Shown here: positions 49,992 through 58,799 of the stretch, piece after piece
Numbering within the stretch: position 1 is the first letter of the stretch
How the letters are laid out: each line of letters opens with the position of its first letter
Virus record (IMG/VR): IMGVR_UViG_3300044712_000810
Span: 62,001 to 126,000 of that record
Length of the DNA stretch: 64,000 bases
Direction: 5' to 3' (one strand)
Notes under the pieces: model-generated
Seen by the model: only the letters and a program-made list of their open reading frames with translations
What the model was told of the DNA's origin: nothing
Database searches by the model: none
Program-made: the position numbers and the translations under genes

Positions 49992-50540
49992 TTAACCTGC
50001 TCTACGACGTGAAAGTAACCAACCTGCTCCAAGACCAGCTGCTGCTGCTAATGGTGCAGGAGAATCCTCTAATGCTTTATAACCTTTTGAGGCTATATTT
50101 TTTACACTATCATATACACCTGGATTTTCACCTGTTACAGGCGATGTTAACGGTTTAGCAATCGCACTGGGCATTCCTTGAGGAGTTGCATCACGATTAC
50201 CAATTCCTTCTGATTGTTTAATATTTCCAGGATTAGGTACTGGTTGAGTTGGTGTAGGCATTGTTTGACCTCCAGCCTTTACTTGATTGTCTGCAACTCT
50301 TTGTGCTCCTGGAATTGCAGTATTTTGTGGAACTTGATTATCTATTGATCTGACTGATCCAGGAACTGCACTTGGACGTTGCACAAAGTTTGGATCATTT
50401 TGCAAATTCGTTGGTGTTACTCCAGGATTAGGAGAACCAGTCATTGCACCACGACCACGAGCTAAATCTTGTTTTTTCAAAAAATCAAATGTTTCTTGCG
50501 CTCCAGGCGATAAAGAACCTCCACCAATTGGTCCAGCCAT
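49992..50540 (-). CDS. Pro/Gln-rich protein with C-terminal PAP-helix-RRR tail
   Basis: Ends KGYKALEDSPAPLAAAAGLGAGWLLSRRRAG. Confidence 0.7.
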   Translation of the reverse strand: MAGPIGGGSLSPGAQETFDFLKKQDLARGRGAMTGSPNPGVTPTNLQNDPNFVQRPSAVPGSVRSIDNQVPQNTAIPGAQRVADNQVKAGGQTMPTPTQPVPNPGNIKQSEGIGNRDATPQGMPSAIAKPLTSPVTGENPGVYDSVKNIASKGYKALEDSPAPLAAAAGLGAGWLLSRRRAG

Positions 50541-50542
50541 AA

Positions 50543-51118
50543 TTAGCCTCCTTGACGACGACGGCTAAGGAGATATGCGGCACCAAGTCCACCGGCAGCA
50601 GCTAATGGCGCTGGTGAATCTTCTAATGCTTTAAAACCTTTGGCAGCAATATTTTTAACATTACCATATACTGAATCATCATGTTGCACTGGTGCTGCTT
50701 GTGCCACTTGTTGTGGTGAAGCAACTGGAGCAACATCAGCCGGATGATTAACTTTTACACCACTTTGTTGAGCATGATATTCAGCTTTAGCTTTCTGTGC
50801 TACTGCTTCAGCTTCTGCTTTTTTTGCTTTTGTTAAAGCTTCTGCTTGTTCTTGTGCACTTTGTTGTTCGTGTTTTTGTAATGGTGCGTTTTTATCAGGA
50901 TTTGCTCCACGACCACGCATCATTTCTTGTTCAGCAGGTGTTGGTACTGGTTGTTGATCATTTTTCTTATTCATAGCATTATAAATACCATAACCAAGAC
51001 CACCGGCAGCACCAGCTCCAAGACCAACCATTGCAACTTTTTTTCCAGTTCCAGTTCCAGATTTAGTAGTATCAACCGCAATCTCATACATATTTTTTAA
51101 TGCATTTAAAACGCTCAT
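50543..51118 (-). CDS. Paralog with C-terminal PAP-helix-RRR tail
   Basis: Ends KGFKALEDSPAPLAAAGGLGAAYLLSRRRQGG; also has an N-terminal GLGAGAAGGLG helix. Confidence 0.7.
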   Translation of the reverse strand: MSVLNALKNMYEIAVDTTKSGTGTGKKVAMVGLGAGAAGGLGYGIYNAMNKKNDQQPVPTPAEQEMMRGRGANPDKNAPLQKHEQQSAQEQAEALTKAKKAEAEAVAQKAKAEYHAQQSGVKVNHPADVAPVASPQQVAQAAPVQHDDSVYGNVKNIAAKGFKALEDSPAPLAAAGGLGAAYLLSRRRQGG

Positions 51119-51131
51119 ATTTGCATTTCTC

Positions 51132-52412
51132 CTATGATACTGAAATATTTAACCATCCACCTTTACCCATAATTTTTGTAATTGTTGGATCATATATTTG
51201 AATTAACAGTGGATTGGTTGGAGTGGGTTTACATTTATCCCAAAATTCTGATGAAAACTTAAATGTTACTTTATTATCATCAGGATTTAAAGTTTCAATT
51301 GGGTAATTATAATTATATTCATCTTTTCCAGAAATAACATTATAAGAATAATATTTCTGAATTTTAAAATCCTTCGGATCAAAATGAACAATTAAATATA
51401 TACCAGATTGAGTTTCATGCACTTTAAATTGATCTGTTGTTGAGATCAATAAATTTCTACGAACAATGCCCATGAAGTCATTAATATCAAGTCCGAGTTT
51501 TTTAGCTTCCCCAATTATTCTTAATGCAGTTTCATCAAGTATTTTACTATCAAATACATAACCAGAGGCTTCTTGAATCTCTTGTTGTGTATATTTACGA
51601 GTACGTTTCTTAATAAATTCATCAGAAAATAAATATGGATTTATATACTTTTGGGCCGGGAAATCTAAAATAGGAGTATCGCGACCCATAGACATAGAAA
51701 CGTTAAGTGTTTCAATTGGTTTATCATCTTGTGTTGAGAATAAGAACATTGGCCACTGCATCATATATGTCATATCAAATTGACATGAATATGAACGCTG
51801 TGTTGAATCTGGACTTGATGCACTTATAGACTCTAAACGAATCATTGGAGTATATTTAAGTGAAAAACAATAATCAACTTGACCAAGAACATCATTAGGT
51901 TTAACAAATAAATTGAGGATATCATGTTCATTTGGATCAAAGTTAAAATTGCTAAGGAAAATGTTTGATACTTCAATGAATGAAGTAAAATCAAAAATGG
52001 AAATCCATTTGTTCAATGGTAAATATCTCTTTATAACATGAGACAATTCCTTAGCTTGGAATTGTGATTCACAATTTATACTTACAGTGATTGGAATATT
52101 TGCAGATTCTTCTTGTAAGAAAAGAACTCTGTTATTAGTTCGATTATACAATACCGGTAACTGATTCATATTGAACATTCGTTGTTGCAATAATGTTTCA
52201 GTTCTTTGTCCAAATGATGGTGTTTCATCATTTATAGTAACCATACATGTAGGTAAATCAAAATTAACTTTATAGTCTTTTTCTAATTGGAATGTTCTAG
52301 TACCGGTATTAAACTCATAACGTTTGATATATTTTGAATCTTGTAATATATAATTATCTAGTAATGCACTTACAGATAATCCAATATCATTGAAAAGACT
52401 ATGTATATACAT
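51132..52412 (-). CDS. Tail sheath stabiliser / tail completion protein (T4 gp15-like)
   Basis: LPTCMVTINDE, PITVSINCESQFQAKELSHVIKRYLP, RSYSCQFDMTY..WPMF. Confidence 0.5.
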   Translation of the reverse strand: MYIHSLFNDIGLSVSALLDNYILQDSKYIKRYEFNTGTRTFQLEKDYKVNFDLPTCMVTINDETPSFGQRTETLLQQRMFNMNQLPVLYNRTNNRVLFLQEESANIPITVSINCESQFQAKELSHVIKRYLPLNKWISIFDFTSFIEVSNIFLSNFNFDPNEHDILNLFVKPNDVLGQVDYCFSLKYTPMIRLESISASSPDSTQRSYSCQFDMTYMMQWPMFLFSTQDDKPIETLNVSMSMGRDTPILDFPAQKYINPYLFSDEFIKKRTRKYTQQEIQEASGYVFDSKILDETALRIIGEAKKLGLDINDFMGIVRRNLLISTTDQFKVHETQSGIYLIVHFDPKDFKIQKYYSYNVISGKDEYNYNYPIETLNPDDNKVTFKFSSEFWDKCKPTPTNPLLIQIYDPTITKIMGKGGWLNISVS

Positions 52413-52425
52413 TAATTACTCCAAC

Positions 52426-52566
52426 TTATTTAATTACCTTTTCAGTTGAATCTTCTGAAGGATTAATTGTTACTGTATTATTTTTAGTATTCTGTTTTGA
52501 TACTTTACCGCAACGTTTTGCTTCAATAATCAATGAAGCCTCTATTGCTTCTTGTAGATTTTTCAT
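52426..52566 (-). CDS. 46-aa hypothetical protein (not in ORF track)
   Basis: MKNLQEAIEASLIIEAKRCGKVSKQNTKNNTVTINPSEDSTEKVIK* fills the intergenic gap. Confidence 0.5.
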   Translation of the reverse strand: MKNLQEAIEASLIIEAKRCGKVSKQNTKNNTVTINPSEDSTEKVIK

Positions 52567-52577
52567 ATTATTTTACC

Positions 52578-53378
52578 TTATAATTGTGTAGTTTTAAGAG
52601 TACCATCATCTTCAACAGTGATTTTGAAATTGGTACCATTGGGAGAAGTTAGAATAATACCAGATTGTACTTGAGAAGGAGTATTAGAACGAACAAATAA
52701 ATCTTGATCTATTTGCCATTGTTCTGCTGTTTCTTTCCAAGTAAGTGATACATTCTGTTCTGTACCACGTTCAATTTCAATACGACAATCACTATTGGCT
52801 ACACCAGTAAGATCTTTATTTAAAGTAAATGTTGGTGAAGTTGTTCCATCAACATCTGACTTATTCGCTAATTCAGTCGCCAAACCTGTCATTGTTGGAC
52901 GATCAGTTAACGCTTGACTAAGATCTGTAATTGCATCAATTGGATGACAATTTAAATCATCACGGCCTTTCATTCCATTATGAAGACTTGAAAAGACACT
53001 AGCACCAATAAATGGTCTTGCATCAAAAATCGCATCATCATAAATAGCAGTAACACCACCATCGACATATACGATGGCAAGTGGAACATGTCCTTCTGGA
53101 ATGGCTGGAACTACAGGATTTGCAGATTCTAAACCATTAACTAAAAGAACATTAGCACGTTTGTCGATAACAACTACGACCCATTTTGCAGCAGAAGAGC
53201 TAGCAGTAATAGTAGGACTTGTACCGCCAGAATATTCAACAAAAGTTATACCATCATGCCAAAATGAACCTTCTGTTACTTTTACTTTCATAGAAGGAGT
53301 TGCGGTTGCATGAACTTTTAAATTTGCAAAGTATGCTCCTGCACGATTAAGTGAATCGCCTTTTGGTGGAAGTCCCAT
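52578..53378 (-). CDS. Virion structural / fibre-associated protein
   Basis: HPIDAITDL fibre-type motif; C-terminal ILTSPNGTNFKITVEDDGTL. Confidence 0.55.
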   Translation of the reverse strand: MGLPPKGDSLNRAGAYFANLKVHATATPSMKVKVTEGSFWHDGITFVEYSGGTSPTITASSSAAKWVVVVIDKRANVLLVNGLESANPVVPAIPEGHVPLAIVYVDGGVTAIYDDAIFDARPFIGASVFSSLHNGMKGRDDLNCHPIDAITDLSQALTDRPTMTGLATELANKSDVDGTTSPTFTLNKDLTGVANSDCRIEIERGTEQNVSLTWKETAEQWQIDQDLFVRSNTPSQVQSGIILTSPNGTNFKITVEDDGTLKTTQL

Positions 53379-53388
53379 ATTACTCCTC

Positions 53389-53736
53389 CTATTGATCTAA
53401 TTTAGCAGTTACAATTTTAATCTCAATTGGTTCACTGTTTGGATTTGTAATGAAAAATGTTTGTGGATCACCAGTATATACATATACAAATGTATTAGGC
53501 ATGGCTTGTGCACCAATTGATCCAATCTTTAATGTAAATTTCTTGGTTGAAGTAGCAATAAATGTATTTACGCCTTCAGCCATTTTAGAATCTGCTTCAT
53601 TAGCAGTTAAGAATTCTTTTCCCGAATAATATGATTTAGGTGTTGTTAAATAAACCTCATCTAAATATCTATGAACTTCATTTGTATCTGTCTCAGTTAA
53701 CTGAGCTAACAATTGAAGTTTTAATTGATCGGCCAT
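53389..53736 (-). CDS. Hypothetical protein
   Basis: 115-aa ORF. Confidence 0.6.
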   Translation of the reverse strand: MADQLKLQLLAQLTETDTNEVHRYLDEVYLTTPKSYYSGKEFLTANEADSKMAEGVNTFIATSTKKFTLKIGSIGAQAMPNTFVYVYTGDPQTFFITNPNSEPIEIKIVTAKLDQ

Positions 53737-53737
53737 A

Positions 53738-53929
53738 TTATACCTCTTCTGGTTTTTCTTCTACTTTTGATTCGTCAGTAGGAGGATTTACACGTCCTAC
53801 AGGATTCTGAAGTGAACTTACAACACTTTGAAACATTGCAATTTGTTCACCTGTAATTTGCGATTTCATAAGTTGATTATACACAAATTGAATTTGTTGT
53901 TCAGTCATTGCGATTACATAAGTTTGCAT
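53738..53929 (-). CDS. Hypothetical protein
   Basis: ATG 53929 after GGAGGG. Confidence 0.55.
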   Translation of the reverse strand: MQTYVIAMTEQQIQFVYNQLMKSQITGEQIAMFQSVVSSLQNPVGRVNPPTDESKVEEKPEEV

Positions 53930-54015
53930 TAGGTTCCCCTCCATAATGCTAAAAAATTGTTGGATATATTAATGTTACACATTTAAACACGCCCATATAT
54001 AACCAAGGGATACAA

Positions 54016-54669
54016 TTAATTCCCAGCAGTATAAATTTTACTAGTCAAGCGATAATTAGAATCATAATTATAAGTATAACTATGTATTATGGTTGTTCCA
54101 TTAAAATCATAAAAGGTTTCTTTTGAAACAAATCCATGTGAATTATATAGATATTTAATTAATCTTCCAGTTGAAAATGTAATAGTATCAACAAATCCAT
54201 TCGCATTATATGTTAATGTTGTTGATGATGTATCTGCAAAAAGTGTATCCTGTGTTATATATGTAAAACACGATGATGGATAAAATGGAAAAAGGTCAGC
54301 ACGTTGTAAGTGTTTTTCTTGATCAGATGTGTGTGTTACGATATTTGTATTTAATGTATTTAATTTATCTGGTGTTAATGGAGATCCTTTTCCCCAATAT
54401 GTAATAGAATAAGTATTTCCTGATTCAGATTCGTTAAAAAATATATCTGCATTTTTATAGTTTATAAAAAACGACCCACTTTGCGGTGGATATGAAGTCG
54501 TTTGCGATAATCCTATGATTACTGGTGATACTTTAAGTTCACCATTATCTGGCATTTCAGTTAATTTTAAACTATAAGGAGGATCAACCGGAACTATAAG
54601 TTGTTCAGTTATTTCCACTAATTGCCAGATACCATCAGGTGATTTTCTTAATGGAACTAATGGAAACAT
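54016..54669 (-). CDS. Probable virion protein with C-terminal YD/RHS-like repeats
   Basis: LTYNANGFV..YLYNSHGFV..YNYDSNYRL. Confidence 0.5.
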   Translation of the reverse strand: MFPLVPLRKSPDGIWQLVEITEQLIVPVDPPYSLKLTEMPDNGELKVSPVIIGLSQTTSYPPQSGSFFINYKNADIFFNESESGNTYSITYWGKGSPLTPDKLNTLNTNIVTHTSDQEKHLQRADLFPFYPSSCFTYITQDTLFADTSSTTLTYNANGFVDTITFSTGRLIKYLYNSHGFVSKETFYDFNGTTIIHSYTYNYDSNYRLTSKIYTAGN

Positions 54670-54680
54670 GTAAGTCTCCC

Positions 54681-55757
54681 TTAAATATTTGGATTAAATT
54701 TAAAACCTGAAGTAAGTACTTGTATACAAGCATCTACAATGTCATCATCTAACTTGATTCCTCGTTCTTCATTAATTATTGACATAGCCTTATCAATACC
54801 AAGACCAGCACGATACGGTCTATGATTTGTAACTGCTTCAACAACATCAGCAACTGAAATTATTCTAGATAAGAAATGTATTTCATCACCTTTCAGTCCT
54901 AATGGATAACCGGAACCATCTAATCTTTCATGATGTTGATGTATAATTTCATGAACCGGTATCGTATATTTAAATGGAATCTTTTCAACTATTTTAGCAC
55001 CAACTTCTGAATGTAATTTAATAAAATTCATCTCATGTTCAGTTAATTTTCCTGGACGGACTAAGATCTCTGTTGGTGTATAAAATTTGCCAATATCATG
55101 AAGTATTGAAGCTATCTCGAGGCATTCCATATCTTCATCATTTAATTTAAACAATTTCCCAATTTCAAGAGAAAGATGTTTAACTCTCATTTGATGACCA
55201 TATGTATATGGATCTTTAATTTCACCCATTTTCGAAAGTGTTTCAACAGTTGAAACTATAACATCTTTCGAATAATGATTTGTTTTTGTTAATCGCATTT
55301 CAGTATCTTCTAAAACTATAATCGCTCGTTTTAAAGCATCTATATATTTTTTTTCTTTAGATAAATCAACAATAATTCCATAAATTAAATCATTATGTAA
55401 TAACATTGAATCTTTAGCTTCAAATTCTTTACCTGTTTTAAAATTAATAAAAACAGACTCGAGTGAATAGTATTTATTCTTTTTTAATTCTTCAATTGCT
55501 GTAAGTCGAACATTTGAATCGACATATACTTTCGATGAATTAAAATCGTAATCTATCATATGATTAACATCATTATAACCAAATAACTCACAAAAAAATG
55601 AGTTAGCATATAATATATCACCATCAATTGATGTAACATAAACACCAATCTCGGCATTATCAAAAACATCGAAAAACTTTTTTGGGATGCATTTATGTTC
55701 GCAATTAACATTAAGAACATCTCGAAGTTTTTCTAACAACTGTTTTTTATTTTGCAT
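54681..55757 (-). CDS. PAS + HD-GYP cyclic dinucleotide phosphodiesterase
   Basis: PAS FDNAEIGVY..DGDILYANSFFCELFGY; KDPYTYGHQMRV, LHDIGK, HHERLDGSGYPLGL, ADVVEA. Confidence 0.9.
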   Translation of the reverse strand: MQNKKQLLEKLRDVLNVNCEHKCIPKKFFDVFDNAEIGVYVTSIDGDILYANSFFCELFGYNDVNHMIDYDFNSSKVYVDSNVRLTAIEELKKNKYYSLESVFINFKTGKEFEAKDSMLLHNDLIYGIIVDLSKEKKYIDALKRAIIVLEDTEMRLTKTNHYSKDVIVSTVETLSKMGEIKDPYTYGHQMRVKHLSLEIGKLFKLNDEDMECLEIASILHDIGKFYTPTEILVRPGKLTEHEMNFIKLHSEVGAKIVEKIPFKYTIPVHEIIHQHHERLDGSGYPLGLKGDEIHFLSRIISVADVVEAVTNHRPYRAGLGIDKAMSIINEERGIKLDDDIVDACIQVLTSGFKFNPNI

Positions 55758-55770
55758 AATAATCTCACTT

Positions 55771-55792
55771 GAGGGGAGGTTTCCCTCCCCTC
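55771..55792 (-). terminator. Terminator hairpin
   Basis: GAGGGGAGG-GAAA-CCTCCCCTC; near-identical to the 58765 hairpin. Confidence 0.7.
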
Positions 55793-55796
55793 GAAG

Positions 55797-56021
55797 TTAC
55801 GCGGGTTTAGGTATTCCTACTATTGGTTTGTATACATATTTTTCATAACCAGATGATACTTTTTTAGCAGTATCTTTTTTTAATCCTACATCTCGTAATC
55901 TTGAATATATATGAAGCGGACTTCCATAATGATTAACAGCATTATGAACATTACTTTTTACTTTTTGATAAGTATCACCTAACCATCCTTCATTAATCAT
56001 ATGGTTAGATATTGAGATCAT
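55797..56021 (-). CDS. Hypothetical protein
   Basis: 74 aa, MINE motif. Confidence 0.6.
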   Translation of the reverse strand: MISISNHMINEGWLGDTYQKVKSNVHNAVNHYGSPLHIYSRLRDVGLKKDTAKKVSSGYEKYVYKPIVGIPKPA

Positions 56022-58234
56022 TATGATTTCTCTTCAAGTGCCTCTACTCTTGCTGCAAGTTCTTGAATTGCTTTAATTATTGGAGAAATAAATTCATTAT
56101 AACGCAATCCATAGATATCATTAGCTTCATCATATACAAAACCAGCAAATGTAGATGAACATTTATTGATTAAAGTTTTTACTTCTTGTGCGATAAGACC
56201 ATAATGTTTTTGGTTGTCATTATTGTCCTTCCACTTATACGAAACAGGTCTTAATTCAAGAACAAAGTTAAGACCAAGATCTGAATTCTCGATATTTCCT
56301 TTCTTTCTTAAATCTGAAGTTTGAATTGTAGCGTTTGTTGCATAGATATCTTTCCATCTAATTCCAGGTGTACCTAAGCTATAAGTATCATCTGTTCCAG
56401 CAACAATTGCGCCTTCAACTGTTAATTTACCATTATTTGATGTTGTACCAACAAGTAAATCACCAGTATTATTAATTCTTACTTGTTCTGTGAATGTTCC
56501 GCCGGCAATACGTTTACCAAATGAAATAATAGAAGATGCATTATTATTATGTGATAATTGAAGTGAATTTGAATTTGCTTCAACTGTAATATCACCATCT
56601 GTTGCGCTTTGGAATATATTAAGTTTTCTATTATTACCATTAAGGTAGATATCACCAGTTGTATTAATAAAACCTGTTGTTCCGGCAGTTCCACCAACAC
56701 ACAATTTACCATCATTGGTAATCTTAACTTGTGTTGTGAATACGTCGGATGAGTTAATACTACCAAACAGTATTTCAGATGTTGCGGAAGTATTATGTGC
56801 AATTCTAATATCAGTTAATTCTTCATCGATAACAACGTTTCCGTTTGTTGAATCTTTTACAAAAATAACTTTATTTTCAGAACCTGTAAATAATACATTA
56901 CCATTAATGTTTAATCTTTCACTATTAGTAAAAGTATTTAAAGATAAGTTTCCAGTAGGACCTAATAACATTTCTGTTGTAAATGCTCCAGCACTATCTT
57001 TACGTCCAAACACCATACCAGCATTTGTTTTACTACTATGTGAAAGATACAATACACCACTGTTTTGATCGTCTGCAAAAATATCAATGTTACCGTTTGT
57101 TGTATCTTCTTTAATTCTAATCAATGGTAAGTTTGAAACAAGTTCAATATTACCATTAACAGTAAGATGTGACTTTTCAACTTCTGTGTTGATACTCATT
57201 TTACCACTACTAAATACACGAGCGGCCTCAACACCGTTACATGCAAAAGAAATTATACCTTTGCCTGGTGTATAAAAACCAGTATCATTGTCATTATCAC
57301 CATAGTCAAAGTATAATCTTGGCGCAGTAGCATCAATAGATGAACCAGATGTAATACCAACACGACCAGTGAATCTATCACCAGTCTTTTTAGCATAAAC
57401 AGCGGCAGCATGGAATGGACTTACTGCGCGATTTGATAAAGTTCCATCAATAACTTCTTGACGAGTACCTAAAGTAATTATACCAGCAGTAGTTTCACTT
57501 GAAAGTGGTATATTAGCAATTTTACTCCAATCAATTGATGTTACTTCATTATTTGTGTGATTGTGAGGAGGAAGCTGTTCAATTGGCATTTTACCAGTAC
57601 TATCAAGACTTGCGGTACCGTTATTCATACCAATGATTGATTTTAATGATAATGGTGAAACTGCGCGGGTATTATCTAAACCAGCCATAGTTTCAACATC
57701 TGTTGCTAACTCAACAATACCTGGAGTTGTTTGTGATGCACTTGGAATATTTTTCAGTTTAGACCAATCAATATCCACAAGAGTAGAATCACCATGAGTA
57801 TGTGAGTTATCATTAATCGCAACAGTTAATGTAGCATCGGCCATATTATTGAATATGGCAGAACCAGAAACATCACCAGTCAATGTAAGTCTTGGACTAG
57901 GAATGTTTGTTAGCATTGTAAAATCGACACTTCCCATCTCTCCACTTAAGTGTGAGTGAGGTGGAAGTTGTGCCATAGGAAGTTTTGAACTTTCGTCAAG
58001 TGATGCAATACCATTCGCAATACCACGAATACCATTTAGACTTTCACATGTAACAACCGCGTCTGTTGTTCCGGCAAAAGTTTCTTCGGTAGTCGCAAGT
58101 TTAACAATACCTGTAACAGTAGTTGTAGCACTTTTAAGGTGATCATTGTGAATAGTATCTCCGGCTTGGAATTCACTTAATGATGTAACACTTCCAGCTG
58201 TAAATACCCCTCTAAATGGTCTTTTATCAGCCAT
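56021..58234 (-). CDS. Tail fibre with C-terminal peptidase S74 intramolecular chaperone
   Basis: Fibre repeats GIVKLAT/GIVELAT/GIITLGT; TSDLRKKGNI..LRPVSYKW..YGLIAQEV..LRYNEFISPIIKAIQEL. Confidence 0.85.
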   Translation of the reverse strand: MADKRPFRGVFTAGSVTSLSEFQAGDTIHNDHLKSATTTVTGIVKLATTEETFAGTTDAVVTCESLNGIRGIANGIASLDESSKLPMAQLPPHSHLSGEMGSVDFTMLTNIPSPRLTLTGDVSGSAIFNNMADATLTVAINDNSHTHGDSTLVDIDWSKLKNIPSASQTTPGIVELATDVETMAGLDNTRAVSPLSLKSIIGMNNGTASLDSTGKMPIEQLPPHNHTNNEVTSIDWSKIANIPLSSETTAGIITLGTRQEVIDGTLSNRAVSPFHAAAVYAKKTGDRFTGRVGITSGSSIDATAPRLYFDYGDNDNDTGFYTPGKGIISFACNGVEAARVFSSGKMSINTEVEKSHLTVNGNIELVSNLPLIRIKEDTTNGNIDIFADDQNSGVLYLSHSSKTNAGMVFGRKDSAGAFTTEMLLGPTGNLSLNTFTNSERLNINGNVLFTGSENKVIFVKDSTNGNVVIDEELTDIRIAHNTSATSEILFGSINSSDVFTTQVKITNDGKLCVGGTAGTTGFINTTGDIYLNGNNRKLNIFQSATDGDITVEANSNSLQLSHNNNASSIISFGKRIAGGTFTEQVRINNTGDLLVGTTSNNGKLTVEGAIVAGTDDTYSLGTPGIRWKDIYATNATIQTSDLRKKGNIENSDLGLNFVLELRPVSYKWKDNNDNQKHYGLIAQEVKTLINKCSSTFAGFVYDEANDIYGLRYNEFISPIIKAIQELAARVEALEEKS

Positions 58235-58309
58235 ATTAATTCTCCCATATACATAATTTGTTATTTAATTACTATTATATCGTATGAGACTAATATCTCA
58301 TTTAACATT

Positions 58310-58555
58310 CTAATTTATATAACGCGTTTTTATAACATCCACACCATCAATACGTGTTTTGTTAAATTGAACATCCTTTAAAAGTCTTAATAATCGATAC
58401 TGTTCCATAATTTGAGTTCGGAGCATATCATAATCAACCATTTGTGGATCTGAATATTTCAATACATCTTGAATACGTTCAATATTTAATATTATTCGAT
58501 CCAACCATTTACCCATTCTAATAAATTTTTGTTCCGCGCGACTTGTTACTGCCAC
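58310..58555 (-). CDS. Hypothetical protein
   Basis: 81-aa ORF. Confidence 0.6.
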   Translation of the reverse strand: MAVTSRAEQKFIRMGKWLDRIILNIERIQDVLKYSDPQMVDYDMLRTQIMEQYRLLRLLKDVQFNKTRIDGVDVIKTRYIN

Positions 58556-58749
58556 GGGTCAACTCCTTGATCTTTAATTCTAGAAAGATAAATTATATTC
58601 GTTTCTGCTTGTGAAAACATAACATGTATATGTTGAAGTTTTTCACTAAACGATTTTTTGTCGGCAAAATGCTGCCGAAGATCTTGCGCATTATTTTTTA
58701 TTTTATCTAACCAATCAATAGTTGAAAGCCGAAGTTCATCATAATTCAT
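58546..58749 (-). CDS. Hypothetical protein
   Basis: 67-aa ORF overlapping the next gene. Confidence 0.55.
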   Translation of the reverse strand: MNYDELRLSTIDWLDKIKNNAQDLRQHFADKKSFSEKLQHIHVMFSQAETNIIYLSRIKDQGVDPWQ

Positions 58750-58764
58750 AAATCACCATCAAAC

Positions 58765-58784
58765 GGGGGAGGTTTCCCTCCCCC
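58765..58784 (-). terminator. Terminator hairpin after fibre gene
   Basis: GGGGGAGG-GAAA-CCTCCCCC. Confidence 0.7.
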
Positions 58785-58799
58785 TTATATTAGTTATAA

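Noticed and set aside
49992-50665. Diversity-generating retroelement template/variable repeat pair
   Set aside because: No reverse transcriptase in the window, both copies are coding, and differences look mostly synonymous rather than adenine-specific.
58277-58296. Short palindrome ATGAGA-CTAATA-TCTCAT
   Set aside because: Single weak AT-rich dyad with no second copy noticed.
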